Notes: generated by a model from the sequence alone, not told the origin. Shown: positions 1-9,449, counted from the stretch's first letter. The stretch: DNA of 36,285 nucleotides from Ferruginibacter sp. (GCA_043733065.1 JAYTGY010000192.1:1-36285); one strand, 5' to 3'. Program-made: numbers and translations.

Positions 1-555
1 ACATTGGCAGAGTTTGGTGCTGAGTCGTGGCTACCTGGTATGGTTGCGCTCTCGCTTATACGAGAAATTGCTCCTGTAATCACTGCGTTAATTTGTGCAG
101 GAAAAATAGCATCTGGCATTGGAGCAGAGCTAGGTTCTATGAAAGTAACTGAACAGATAGATGCAATGGAAGTGTCTGCCATCAATCCCTATAAATATTT
201 AGTTGTAACAAGAATTTTAGCTAGCACTTTAATGGTACCATTACTCGTAATATTTGCAGATGGTATTGGAATTTTAGGTGGGTTTGTTGGTATAAATATT
301 CATAGCGATGTTAACTTGTTTAGGTATTTTTCTCAAGTGTTAGACTCACTCGATTTTATTGATGTATTTCCTGCCACTGTAAAAACATTTTTCTTTGGGT
401 TTTTTATTGGGATGATTGGTTGTTACAAAGGCTATAATGCAGGCAATGGAACAGAGAGTGTAGGTAAAGCTGCAAATGCAGCTGTGGTAGTTTCATCTCT
501 CAGCATATTTATAATTGATATGTTGGCAGTGCAAATAACAGACCTTTTTTATTAA
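1..555 (+). CDS. mlaE: MlaE-family ABC transporter permease (5' end lies outside the window)
   Basis: REIAPVITALICAGKIASGIGAELGSMKVTEQIDAMEV signature, GTESVGKA near the C-terminus, several TM segments; frame is open from base 1. Confidence 0.93.
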   Translation, partial: TLAEFGAESWLPGMVALSLIREIAPVITALICAGKIASGIGAELGSMKVTEQIDAMEVSAINPYKYLVVTRILASTLMVPLLVIFADGIGILGGFVGINIHSDVNLFRYFSQVLDSLDFIDVFPATVKTFFFGFFIGMIGCYKGYNAGNGTESVGKAANAAVVVSSLSIFIIDMLAVQITDLFY

Positions 556-563
556 TTATAGAA

Positions 564-1343
564 ATGATAACAGAAACAATTACTAAAAATAATATTTTAA
601 TAAACGAAACAAATCATCCTGTTATTGATATAAAAGGATTGTACAAATCGTTTGGTGAAAACAATATTTTAAAAGGCGTTGATATTAAAGTTGAAAAAGG
701 TGAAAATTTAGTGGTTATAGGAAAGTCAGGCTCAGGCAAATCGGTTACTATAAAATGTTTGGTGGGTTTGGTAAAGGCAGATGCAGGAGAGATAAAAGTA
801 TTTGGTACAGACATTACTTCACTCCAAGAAAAAGAATTAAATAAAATACGATTAAAAATTGGATTTCTTTTTCAAAATGCTGCGCTGTATGATTCGATGA
901 CAGTAAGAGAGAATTTAGAATTTCCTCTAAAACGTCATTCAAAAAATATAACACAAAAAGAAATAGAAGAATCTATAAAAGAAATTTTGGAAAGTGTAGG
1001 ACTAGCAGAAGCAATAGACAAAATGCCTTCTGAATTATCGGGCGGTATGCGAAAAAGAATTGGGCTTGCTCGCACACTTATTTTAAAACCAGATATTATT
1101 TTGTATGATGAACCTACTACTGGTTTAGATACCATTACATCGAGAGAAATAAGTGAGCTTATTTTGATGATGCAAAAAAAATATAAAACTACTTCTATCA
1201 TCATTACACATGATATGGCATGTGCAAAACTTACTGGAGATAGAATTGTAATTTTAAAAGAAGGTGTGATAGATGCGGAAGGCACTTATGAAACATTGGA
1301 GAAAAGTGAAAATGAATGGGTAAGATCATTTTTCGTTAAATAA
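564..1343 (+). CDS. mlaF: MlaF/Mkl-family ABC ATPase
   Basis: Walker A GKSGSGKS, LFQNAALYDS, LSGGMRKR, Walker B ILYDEPTTGLD; lies between mlaE and an MCE gene. Confidence 0.93.
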   Translation: MITETITKNNILINETNHPVIDIKGLYKSFGENNILKGVDIKVEKGENLVVIGKSGSGKSVTIKCLVGLVKADAGEIKVFGTDITSLQEKELNKIRLKIGFLFQNAALYDSMTVRENLEFPLKRHSKNITQKEIEESIKEILESVGLAEAIDKMPSELSGGMRKRIGLARTLILKPDIILYDEPTTGLDTITSREISELILMMQKKYKTTSIIITHDMACAKLTGDRIVILKEGVIDAEGTYETLEKSENEWVRSFFVK

Positions 1344-1358
1344 AATAAAAAACTTGTT

Positions 1359-2243
1359 ATGAAGAAAGAATCAGGATCTACTTGGAAACTAGGAATGTTT
1401 GTTGTAATTGGATTGGTGCTATTTGTAGGTACAATTTACTTTATTGGCAAGCAGAAAAATTTATTTGGTAATACATTTCGTTTGAAGACACAATTTAAAA
1501 CCGTAAGTGGTTTAAAAGTGGGAAACAATGTACGTTTTTCGGGCATTAATGTAGGAACAATAGATGGCATAGAATTGCTAACAGATACTTCAGTAATGGT
1601 GTACTTGGTAATGAAAAAAAACGTACAAAAGTTTATCAATACTTGTGCAAGAGCAAGCATAGGTTCTGATGGATTAATGGGTGATAAAGTATTAACGATT
1701 TCTTCTGGAGCAAAAGAAAATAATGCAGGAATAAAAACAAATGTAAAAGATAATGATTTCATTTTATCGAAAAATCCAATAGAAATGGAAGATGTAATGC
1801 TGAGTGTAAAAAGCAGTGTTGATAATGCAAATATTATAACACAACAACTAGCATCATTTAGTTATAAGATGAATAATAACGACGGGGTGTTATCAAAATT
1901 ATTATCCGACAAGGAATTTTCTGGGAGCATAAAATCTACGCTTACAAATTTGGAAAATAGCTCTAATCAATTTTCTAAATTTACAACAAAGATGAACAGT
2001 GGAAAAGGCACGTTGGGCATGTTGATGAATGATGACAAACTGAGTAAGGCTTTAGATACTACAATGGCTAACCTCCAAAAAAGCACTAAAGGATTAAGTG
2101 AAAATATGGAAGCAGCAAAAAGTAGCTTTTTGTTACGAGGTGCATTTAGAAAGCAAAAAAAAGCTGCTGCCAAAAAATTAGAGCAACAAAATAAAGAAAA
2201 ACAAAAATTACCTTTAATAAATAAAACAGATACCATAAAATAA
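1359..2243 (+). CDS. mlaD: MlaD/MCE-family protein
   Basis: N-terminal TM anchor, SGLKVGNNVRFSGINVGTI and ASIGSDGLMGDK MCE motifs, helical C-terminus. Confidence 0.9.
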   Translation: MKKESGSTWKLGMFVVIGLVLFVGTIYFIGKQKNLFGNTFRLKTQFKTVSGLKVGNNVRFSGINVGTIDGIELLTDTSVMVYLVMKKNVQKFINTCARASIGSDGLMGDKVLTISSGAKENNAGIKTNVKDNDFILSKNPIEMEDVMLSVKSSVDNANIITQQLASFSYKMNNNDGVLSKLLSDKEFSGSIKSTLTNLENSSNQFSKFTTKMNSGKGTLGMLMNDDKLSKALDTTMANLQKSTKGLSENMEAAKSSFLLRGAFRKQKKAAAKKLEQQNKEKQKLPLINKTDTIK

Positions 2244-2718
2244 TATTCTTGATACAGAATTCTATTAGTCGTTTATTTTAAAATGTATTTTCTTACTATA
2301 AGCATTTATTATAAATTAATTATTTTTTTTACATGGTACATAATATACAATATAACCACATGCTGAAAATTTCAGATTATAATATGACAACACTTTCAAA
2401 AGTTTTAAAAATATTGTAAAATAATTATTTAGTTATTACTATTTCTATTATTGATTATTATTTGTGCTTTCGTTTTATAAATACTAATTATGACGAGAAA
2501 ATATTGAAAAATTGGTCATAAAATACCCACTAAACAAATATAAAACTATTGTTTAACTACGTTCAGTAGCTGCTTCTGAAGATGTAACATTAGAAATATT
2601 ATTTATGATTTATGCTGTAGATTTGTAAAATCTTCCGAACAGTTATGGTGTGGACAGCAACCATTAAGAAAATTTAAAATTCTTTTTTAAAAAAAATCGT
2701 TGTAAGACGTGGCACCAG

Positions 2719-2750
2719 AAAAAATGCAGTAAAATAATTTACTGCATTTT
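2719..2750 (-). terminator. Intrinsic terminator downstream of the DUF892 gene
   Basis: Perfect 13-bp inverted repeat AAAATGCAGTAAA-ataa-TTTACTGCATTTT, 25 bp past the stop; could act in both directions. Confidence 0.75.
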
Positions 2751-2775
2751 CACTTTATATAAACCAAATCAAAAC

Positions 2776-3366
2776 TTAAGCTGGTTTATCTTCCATTTCT
2801 GCCGCCTCTATATTTATGGTAGCAACGGCTACTTCTGTCAATTTTGCATCCGCAGATTTTTCTTCTGTTAGTGTTTTTTCTAGTAATGAGGCTGCTTCTG
2901 CTAAACCAAGTGTAACCGCAAATTGATGTAACGTACCATAAGTAGCAATTTCATAATGCTCTACTTTTTGTGCTGCCGATATAATGCCAGCATCACGCAT
3001 AGGCCCTTTTTCACACAATTCCATTATTTCTCCAGCTTCTTTAATTAAGCCATCCATGGCCTCGCACTTTTTAGCAACCGTCTTTTTTTCGATGCTGGCA
3101 AAAACTTTTTCTAAGCGACTTACTTGTTCGATAGTTTCTGCTAAATGACTTTTCAATGCTTCTGACAATTTTGACGAAGTGGCATTTTTTATCATTTTTG
3201 GTATAGCCTTAGTCAACGCTTTTTCCGCCCAATAAATATCTTTTAATTCATCTTCAAATAATTTCATTAATTGAGAATGCTTTATCATTCCATTATTTGA
3301 AGCAGGCATTGAAGGCTTAAGTGCTGGTTGTGTTACTGGTGATTTTTTGGTTGTTTTCTTTTCCAT
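2776..3366 (-). CDS. yciF: YciE/YciF (DUF892) ferritin-like stress protein
   Basis: ELKDIYWAEKALTKAIPKM, HLAET, KKCEAMDGLIKE, DAGIISAAQKVEHYEIATYGTL. Confidence 0.9.
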   Translation of the reverse strand: MEKKTTKKSPVTQPALKPSMPASNNGMIKHSQLMKLFEDELKDIYWAEKALTKAIPKMIKNATSSKLSEALKSHLAETIEQVSRLEKVFASIEKKTVAKKCEAMDGLIKEAGEIMELCEKGPMRDAGIISAAQKVEHYEIATYGTLHQFAVTLGLAEAASLLEKTLTEEKSADAKLTEVAVATINIEAAEMEDKPA

Positions 3367-3368
3367 CT

Positions 3369-3605
3369 TTACTTTTTTATTGTTTTAATTGTTGTTTCAT
3401 TCTTTACATTTTTATCTCGTGCCCCTACGTGTGGTACAGCATTTATTTCAGGCTCTGTACTAGCCTCAAAAGCTTCTGCAATTTCTACCACTTCTTTTTG
3501 CACAGGATCTTTAGGGTTTGGCGCTTCTTTATTAAAATCTTGATATGTTTTATCTTTTAATATTTTGGTATTAGCCAAACTATTCCCTTTTGATTTTTTT
3601 ACCAT
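3369..3605 (-). CDS. Small hydrophilic hypothetical protein, probably co-transcribed with yciF
   Basis: 78-aa ORF ending 2 bp before the yciF ATG; ATG about 45 bp downstream of the promoter at motif copy 1. Confidence 0.6.
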   Translation of the reverse strand: MVKKSKGNSLANTKILKDKTYQDFNKEAPNPKDPVQKEVVEIAEAFEASTEPEINAVPHVGARDKNVKNETTIKTIKK

Positions 3606-3642
3606 CGTAGATAATATTTACTTACTAAAAGAAATTTCATCA

Positions 3643-3707
3643 CAAAAGTGTAATTCTTTAATCGATATTTTATTACATCATTTTAAAAAAAAATTGCATG
3701 ATTCACA
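3643..3707 (-). promoter_or_regulatory. Regulon motif copy 1 plus -7-like box
   Basis: Minus strand TGTGAATCATGCAATTTTTTTTTAAAATGATGTAAT (3707-3672); CACTTTTG at 3650-3643 (offset 57). Confidence 0.8.
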
Positions 3708-3795
3708 CTTTACTATATACGTAGTAAATCATAAAATAAAATATGAAAAATCGTTTGCATAATTTTAAAACCATAAGTTGCTTATGAAAAAAGGG

Positions 3796-3860
3796 CGTGA
3801 ACAATACAATTTATTTGAATAATTGTGTAACAATTTTTTACAGCAGACATTTGACCTTAG
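3796..3860 (+). promoter_or_regulatory. Regulon motif copy 2 plus -7-like box
   Basis: CGTGAACAATACAATTTATTTGAATAATTGTGTAAC (3796-3831); GACCTTAG at 3853 (offset 57). Confidence 0.7.
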
Positions 3861-3900
3861 CAATATCAAATTTTAAAATAAAATATATACTTTATAAACG

Positions 3901-4024
3901 ATGAAACAAATTTGATGGGCAAAGAGGCAATAGAAATGGTAAAGACGCTAAAATGATAGCCTCAATAGCTACTGGCAAAACTTTATTAGATGCAAAAGAA
4001 GGTTCGCAAAAAATTATAAATTAA
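3901..4024 (+). pseudogene. Possible frameshifted small gene, or 23-aa sORF at 3953-4024
   Basis: ATG at 3901 sits at the usual distance behind motif copy 2 but stops after MKQI; the +1 frame reads FDGQRGNRNGKDAKMIASIATGKTLLDAKEGSQKIIN*. Confidence 0.25.
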
Positions 4025-4116
4025 ACTACTTATATAAAAAGCAGTTACAGTATTCCAACTGTATTTTTTGCCTTTACGTGTACAACAAAATAAATTCCCT
4101 TATAAACATACAGAAT

Positions 4117-5001
4117 ATGAAAAGACATTTACTATTTCTAATTTTTATTTTTAATATGTCAAACTTATACGCAGGATACACCAATGGTGCAAAGCCTGAA
4201 ATTAAATCTGAACTGTTTGCCGATACTATTGCGCCTTACGCATTGGTAGCGGGTGGTAGTAAGGGCATAGGATATGCTATAGCAGAAGCTTTAGCCAAAC
4301 GCAATTATAATTTAATTTTAATAGCTAGAAATGTGGATACTTTAATAGCTGCAAAAAATAAATTGGAAACATTATACAATATACATGTAGAAATATTGGC
4401 AAAAGATTTGAGCAAAGAAACTGCTGCTGCAGAAATAGCTACATGGTGCAATGATAAAAATATACAACTAAAAATGCTTTGCAATGTAGCAGGTATAGGT
4501 GGTGCGAATGATTTTTTATCTTCTTCACTTGATAGCTTACAATATATGGTACGATTAAATGTAGAATCGATGATGAGTTTAACACTAATGCTTCTACCGC
4601 TATTAGAAAAAAATGCACCTGCTTATATACTTAATATAGCAAGCATGGCAGCCTTTGCTCCAATACCAGCAAAAAATTTGTATGCATCTACAAAATCAGC
4701 TGTATTGTATTTTAGTTATGGTTTACGATACCAATTAAAAGCAAAAGGAATCAGTGTAAGTTGCCTATGTCCAGGCCCTGTATTTACAAAACCATCTATA
4801 GAAAAAGATACCAAAGAAAAATTAGGATGGTTTGGAAAACAAATGGCGGTTTCTCCCAAAAAAGTAGGAGAAGTAACCGTAAAGAAAATGCTAAAAGGTA
4901 GAATGATTATTGTACCAGGCACGGTATCAAAAATGGTTTCCATATTTATTCGCACCTTACCTAAAAGATGGTCTGCAGCTCTTTATAATAAGATAGGATA
5001 G
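4117..5001 (+). CDS. SDR-family oxidoreductase with signal-peptide-like N-terminus
   Basis: VAGGSKGIG Rossmann motif, NVAG, YASTK (YxxxK), CPGPVFT; ATG 4117 preferred over GTG 4078. Confidence 0.9.
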   Translation: MKRHLLFLIFIFNMSNLYAGYTNGAKPEIKSELFADTIAPYALVAGGSKGIGYAIAEALAKRNYNLILIARNVDTLIAAKNKLETLYNIHVEILAKDLSKETAAAEIATWCNDKNIQLKMLCNVAGIGGANDFLSSSLDSLQYMVRLNVESMMSLTLMLLPLLEKNAPAYILNIASMAAFAPIPAKNLYASTKSAVLYFSYGLRYQLKAKGISVSCLCPGPVFTKPSIEKDTKEKLGWFGKQMAVSPKKVGEVTVKKMLKGRMIIVPGTVSKMVSIFIRTLPKRWSAALYNKIG

Positions 5002-5079
5002 AGTAAAATTTGGGATAATATAAAATTAAAAATATAGTCATTTATTAAAGGAAATAAATAGCGCATGTTACATTTAATG

Positions 5080-5143
5080 TGTGAATCTTGCAACTTTTTT
5101 TAATAATTATATAATGAAAAATATATAATAACAATCATCTTTA
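5080..5143 (+). promoter_or_regulatory. Regulon motif copy 3 plus -7-like box
   Basis: TGTGAATCTTGCAACTTTTTTTAATAATTATATAAT (5080-5115); CATCTTTA at 5136 (offset 56). Confidence 0.8.
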
Positions 5144-5180
5144 CGATGAAATAAATTTTCGAAAATTTAAAAGAAACGAT

Positions 5181-5309
5181 ATGCCCACTACAGCATAAAA
5201 AGAATTGAAAAAAGTGGAGTTGAAAAAATTTCATACTATAAAATATTAATACCATAAGAAAGCCCGTACATTTCAATCAAAAAACAAATCCACCATTTCT
5301 AAAAATTAG
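5181..5309 (+). pseudogene. Possible decayed small basic gene
   Basis: MPTTA*KELKKVELKKFHTIKY*YHKKARTFQSKNKSTISKN*; ATG 45 bp behind the -7 box of motif copy 3; two internal TAA stops. Confidence 0.25.
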
Positions 5310-5369
5310 ATAAATGCTTGTAAAACTAATAGAAATAGAACATATTAAACATTTAAAAAATAAAATACA

Positions 5370-5924
5370 ATGGATAAAATTTCTATCATTTCATCTAGTA
5401 TAAGAGAAGAGAGAAATAGCCATAGGGTAGCACTTTACTTCAACAAATATTTAGGTGGGAACAATATTGCATATGCTGAAATTATTGACTTAAAAGAATA
5501 TAATTTTCCTTTATTTAAAGGTACATTAAAAACACAAAAAAATCCTCCTGCAAACGCTGTAGCATTTGCAGAAAAAATAAAATCATCGGATGGAATTATT
5601 ATTGTAATGCCTGAATACAATGGAGGCATACCTGCCAGTTTAAAAAATGTGGTTGATTTATTATATGAAGAATGGAGGCATAAACCTGTTGGTATAGTAA
5701 CGGTTTCTGCAGGTCCATTTGCTGGCTCACAAGCCTTGGTAGCTTTGCAATTTACACTTTGGAAGATGAAGGCTTGGACCATTACAGAAATGTTTTCTGT
5801 ACCAAAAGTGCAAGATGCTTATGATGAAGATGGCAACCCAACAGATAAAGCACTAACAGATAAATTGACAGAAGTTTTTGTAAAAGAATTACTATGGTGT
5901 ATTAAAGCAGATAAGGAAAAATAA
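5370..5924 (+). CDS. NADPH-dependent FMN reductase (flavodoxin-like)
   Basis: SSIREERNSHRVA, DGIIIVMPEYNGGIPASLKNVVD, KPVGIVTVSAG. Confidence 0.92.
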   Translation: MDKISIISSSIREERNSHRVALYFNKYLGGNNIAYAEIIDLKEYNFPLFKGTLKTQKNPPANAVAFAEKIKSSDGIIIVMPEYNGGIPASLKNVVDLLYEEWRHKPVGIVTVSAGPFAGSQALVALQFTLWKMKAWTITEMFSVPKVQDAYDEDGNPTDKALTDKLTEVFVKELLWCIKADKEK

Positions 5925-5980
5925 TATCTGATACACTTTTATTTAAAATAATATTAGCAATTAAAATATACTTTTAAATT

Positions 5981-6097
5981 ATGAACAATATATTTAGAGG
6001 ATTAATAGCTGGCTATGGCGCAAAAAAAATAGGCGGTGGTTGTTTTGGCACAATAATAGTTTTTATCATTATTTGGGTAGCTTTAAAAAACTGCTAA
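5981..6097 (+). CDS. 38-aa small membrane protein, absent from the ORF track
   Basis: MNNIFRGLIAGYGAKKIGGGCFGTIIVFIIIWVALKNC; A/T-rich leader, GC-richer than its flanks, Gly-rich amphipathic segment plus one TM helix; ends 17 bp before the next ATG. Confidence 0.75.
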   Translation: MNNIFRGLIAGYGAKKIGGGCFGTIIVFIIIWVALKNC

Positions 6098-6114
6098 CAA
6101 TTTATAAATAGAAA

Positions 6115-7113
6115 ATGAAAACAAAACAAATTGTATTGCACACTCGCCCAAAAGGCAAGCCCACGCTTGGTAATTTTAAAACCATAGAGGTTGAATTAGC
6201 TGTTTTGAAAGAAGATGAAGTGTTGCTAAAAGCTTTGTATTATTCTGTAGATCCATACATGCGTGGTAGAATGAACGATGCAAAATCGTATGTAGCGCCA
6301 TTTGCAATTGATGCACCAATGGAAGGCGGTGTAGTGGCAGAAGTAATAGAAAGCAAATCGGATAAATATAATATTGGGGATGTAGTAGTGGGCATGTTGC
6401 CTTGGCAAGAAAACATAGTTAGTAATGGAGCAAACACTCAAAAAATAGATAAAAATGCAGCCAACAAAAGCTATTATTTAAGTGTGCTTGGCATGCCTGG
6501 GCTTACTGCTTATTTTGGCTTATTAAACATTTGCAAACCAAAAGAGGGCGAAACAGTTGTAGTATCTGGCGCAGCTGGTGCAGTAGGTATTGTAGTAGGG
6601 CAAATAGCAAAAATAAATGGCTGCAAAGTAATTGGCATTTCAGGCTCTGATGAAAAAGCAATGACATTAAAAACAGAATTTGGTTTTGATGAAGTAATAA
6701 ATTATAAAACCACAAAAGATATAAAAGGAGCCATTGCAAACATTTGCCCAAATGCTGTAGATATATATTTTGATAATGTAGGTGGAGAAATATCAGATGC
6801 GGTTATTGCCAATATAAATTTTAATGCACGCATTGCATTGTGTGGTCAAATATCATTGTACAATAACACTGAAGCGGCTACTGGACCGAGGCTGCAGCCA
6901 ATGTTACTTACAAGAAGTGTACTAATGCAAGGTTTTATAGTAAGTAATTTTAAAAATAGTTTTGCAGAAGGTACAAAGCAACTCTCTCATTGGATAAACG
7001 AAGGCAAATTAAAATATATTGAAACAATAAAAAAAGGGTTTGATAATTTGCCCAACGCATTGCTAGGATTATTTGAAGGTGATAATATTGGTAAAATGAT
7101 TGTGGAAGCGTAA
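6115..7113 (+). CDS. NADP-dependent alkenal/enone reductase (CurA/YfmJ/PTGR-like MDR)
   Basis: SVDPYMRGRM, LGMPGLTAYFGL, VSGAAGAVG, YFDNVGG, CGQISLYN, GKMIV. Confidence 0.93.
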   Translation: MKTKQIVLHTRPKGKPTLGNFKTIEVELAVLKEDEVLLKALYYSVDPYMRGRMNDAKSYVAPFAIDAPMEGGVVAEVIESKSDKYNIGDVVVGMLPWQENIVSNGANTQKIDKNAANKSYYLSVLGMPGLTAYFGLLNICKPKEGETVVVSGAAGAVGIVVGQIAKINGCKVIGISGSDEKAMTLKTEFGFDEVINYKTTKDIKGAIANICPNAVDIYFDNVGGEISDAVIANINFNARIALCGQISLYNNTEAATGPRLQPMLLTRSVLMQGFIVSNFKNSFAEGTKQLSHWINEGKLKYIETIKKGFDNLPNALLGLFEGDNIGKMIVEA

Positions 7114-7141
7114 AATATTTAAGTAAGAAAAAATATAAAAC

Positions 7142-7822
7142 ATGAAAATATTAATGGTACTCACTTCGCATAGTGAGCTAGGAAACACAGGAAAAAAAAC
7201 AGGCTTTTGGATAGAAGAATTTGCAGCGCCTTACTATACTTTTTTAGATGCTGGTGCTATCATCACCGTAGCATCTCCTAAAGGTGGGCAACCACCAATA
7301 GATCCAGCTAGCAACACAACAGAAAATCAAACGACTGCTACCATTCGCTTTAAAGCAGATAAACATTTACAAAATATTTTAGCTGAAACAGTCTTATTAG
7401 CTGATATGTCATCAGATGATTTTGATGCCATATTTTACCCTGGTGGGCACGGTCCATTATGGGATTTAACCAATGATGCAAATTCAATAAAATTGATTGA
7501 ACATTTTTGGAGCAGCAAAAAACCTGTGGTAGCCGTTTGCCATGCACCTGCAGTTTTACTACATGCAAAAGATGAAGCAGATGAACCATTGGTAAAAGGA
7601 AAAAATGTAACAGGCTTTACAAACACAGAAGAGGAAGCAGTAAAACTTACAGAAGTTGTTCCCTTTTTATTAGAAGAAGAATTGAAAAGTAAAGGTGGTA
7701 TTTATTCTAAAAGAGAAGACTGGGCTTCGTATGTTGTAAAAGATGGAATGTTGATAACAGGGCAAAACCCTGCATCGTCTGAGGCTGCAGCTAGGGAGTT
7801 GTTAAAGCTTTTAAAAGATTAA
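7142..7822 (+). CDS. DJ-1/PfpI (Hsp31-like) type 1 glutamine amidotransferase-fold protein, probable glyoxalase/deglycase
   Basis: TGFWIEEFAAPY, FYPGGHGPLWDL, nucleophile elbow AVCHAP, ITGQNPASS. Confidence 0.92.
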   Translation: MKILMVLTSHSELGNTGKKTGFWIEEFAAPYYTFLDAGAIITVASPKGGQPPIDPASNTTENQTTATIRFKADKHLQNILAETVLLADMSSDDFDAIFYPGGHGPLWDLTNDANSIKLIEHFWSSKKPVVAVCHAPAVLLHAKDEADEPLVKGKNVTGFTNTEEEAVKLTEVVPFLLEEELKSKGGIYSKREDWASYVVKDGMLITGQNPASSEAAARELLKLLKD

Positions 7823-7834
7823 ACAACAGCAGCA

Positions 7835-8218
7835 ATGACAATTTTTCTGCAAATACAATGGTTGTTTTTATTAGCAATACCAATAGCATGTGCATCATGG
7901 ACAGTAACAAATGAAGAAATTTTTAAAGAACAAAGAGATTATTGTAAAATAAAAAGCAAAAGCTGCAAAAATATAATTGTAAGAAAAATATTTTATTTAT
8001 TTACCTGCGAATATTGTTTTAGCCATTATGTAACCATATTTTTTATTGCACTCACAGGTTACAAATTACTGATGCACGATTGGCGAGGATATTTAATAGC
8101 GGGCTTTGCACTTGTGTGGATAGCTAACATGTATATGGGTATTTTTTTATTGTTACGACAAAGCATTAAAAAAGAAAAAACAGAAATTAAATGTTTAGAG
8201 AGTGATAAGGCTTCTTAG
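7835..8218 (+). CDS. Small membrane protein, DUF1360-like
   Basis: Three hydrophobic segments; E-IF...R and LFTCEYCFSHYV (CxxC) motifs. Confidence 0.6.
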   Translation: MTIFLQIQWLFLLAIPIACASWTVTNEEIFKEQRDYCKIKSKSCKNIIVRKIFYLFTCEYCFSHYVTIFFIALTGYKLLMHDWRGYLIAGFALVWIANMYMGIFLLLRQSIKKEKTEIKCLESDKAS

Positions 8219-8227
8219 ATTTTTAAA

Positions 8228-9058
8228 ATGAAAATGAAAAAATTAAATAAACATATAATTCGCTCCATACTCAAACCAAGAAAACCTTTTGCACACAAAG
8301 GAAATTTTGGCCATGCATTATTAATAGCTGGCAACATTGGCAAAATGGGCGCAGCAGTTATAGCTGCAAAAGCATGTATGCGTACGGGCGTAGGAAAGCT
8401 AACAGTAAGTGTACCACAAAGCAAATCTAATATTTTACCAATTGCATTGCCCGAAGCAATGATTTGCATTAGAGAAAAAGATGGCGATAATTTTGATTTA
8501 TTTAGTGCTCTAGGTATTGGGTGTGGTATTGATGTATCAAAAGAATCTTTTCAAATACTAACTTATTTGATGGATCAATTTAAAAAACCAATTGTGCTGG
8601 ATGCTGATGCCTTAAATATAATTGCGAAAAATAAATTAATGTTAAATAAAATACCAATATCCAGCATTATTACTCCTCACCCAAAAGAATTTGATAAACT
8701 TTTTGGCAAACATTACAATAAGGAAGAAAGAATTATAACCGCCATAGAAAAGGCAAAAAAATTGAATATAGTAATTGTATTAAAAGACCATAAAACAATT
8801 ATAACTTTTAAAGGAAAAGCATTTGAAAATACAACCGGTAATGCAGGCTTAGCAAAGGCTGGCTCTGGCGATGCACTTACAGGAGCCATTACAGCATTTC
8901 TGGCACAAGGCTACATGCCTTTTGACGCAGCAAAAGCTGCCGTTTATTTACATGGGCTTGCAGCAGATATTTGTTTGAAAAAACAAAGTATGGAGAGTAT
9001 GCTGATAACAGATGTAATTGATTGTTTTGGTAAGGCATTTAAAAAACTATTACCCTAA
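8228..9058 (+). CDS. nnrD: ADP-dependent NAD(P)H-hydrate dehydratase (stand-alone YjeF C-terminal domain)
   Basis: HKGNFGHALLIAG, VLDADAL, ITPHPKEF, GNAGLAKAGSGDALTG, YLHGLAAD. Confidence 0.92.
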   Translation: MKMKKLNKHIIRSILKPRKPFAHKGNFGHALLIAGNIGKMGAAVIAAKACMRTGVGKLTVSVPQSKSNILPIALPEAMICIREKDGDNFDLFSALGIGCGIDVSKESFQILTYLMDQFKKPIVLDADALNIIAKNKLMLNKIPISSIITPHPKEFDKLFGKHYNKEERIITAIEKAKKLNIVIVLKDHKTIITFKGKAFENTTGNAGLAKAGSGDALTGAITAFLAQGYMPFDAAKAAVYLHGLAADICLKKQSMESMLITDVIDCFGKAFKKLLP

Positions 9059-9103
9059 TAGTTTCAACTTTCTTATTTCATCTATTATATAATCTAAAAA
9101 ATG

Positions 9104-9168
9104 TGTGAATAATACAATTATTTATAACAATTGTGTAATACTTATTTTTTTTATTGGATGCACCTTTA
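9104..9168 (+). promoter_or_regulatory. Regulon motif copy 4 plus -7-like box
   Basis: TGTGAATAATACAATTATTTATAACAATTGTGTAAT (9104-9139); CACCTTTA at 9161 (offset 57). Confidence 0.85.
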
Positions 9169-9203
9169 TACAGTAATAATTCCATTACAATTAAAAATAA
9201 AAA

Positions 9204-9449
9204 ATGGCAACTTTTATAAAGAAAGATAAAGCAAATTTTGGCCCTACAGATGTAAAAAAAAATGTAGAAATACATACAAAAGCAGCAAAAAATCACACAA
9301 ATGCTGCTAAGCACCACATGGATGCAGTAAAACATTTTGTAACAGGAAAAAATGATAAAGCTTTGGTGAGTGTAGGTAAAGCTGATGCCGCACATTTACT
9401 GGCTAGTGCTGCTCATACAGACAATACTAAATTCACTGATAAAAATTAA
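9204..9449 (+). CDS. Small His/Ala/Lys-rich helical hypothetical protein
   Basis: HTKAAKNHTNAAKHHMDAVKH heptad-spaced His; has its own promoter motif and terminator. Confidence 0.75.
   Translation: MATFIKKDKANFGPTDVKKNVEIHTKAAKNHTNAAKHHMDAVKHFVTGKNDKALVSVGKADAAHLLASAAHTDNTKFTDKN

Noticed and set aside
2244-2718. 475-bp AT-rich gap after mlaD as a gene remnant or ncRNA
   Set aside because: I found no sustained reading frame, recognisable motif or full regulon motif; cannot be supported
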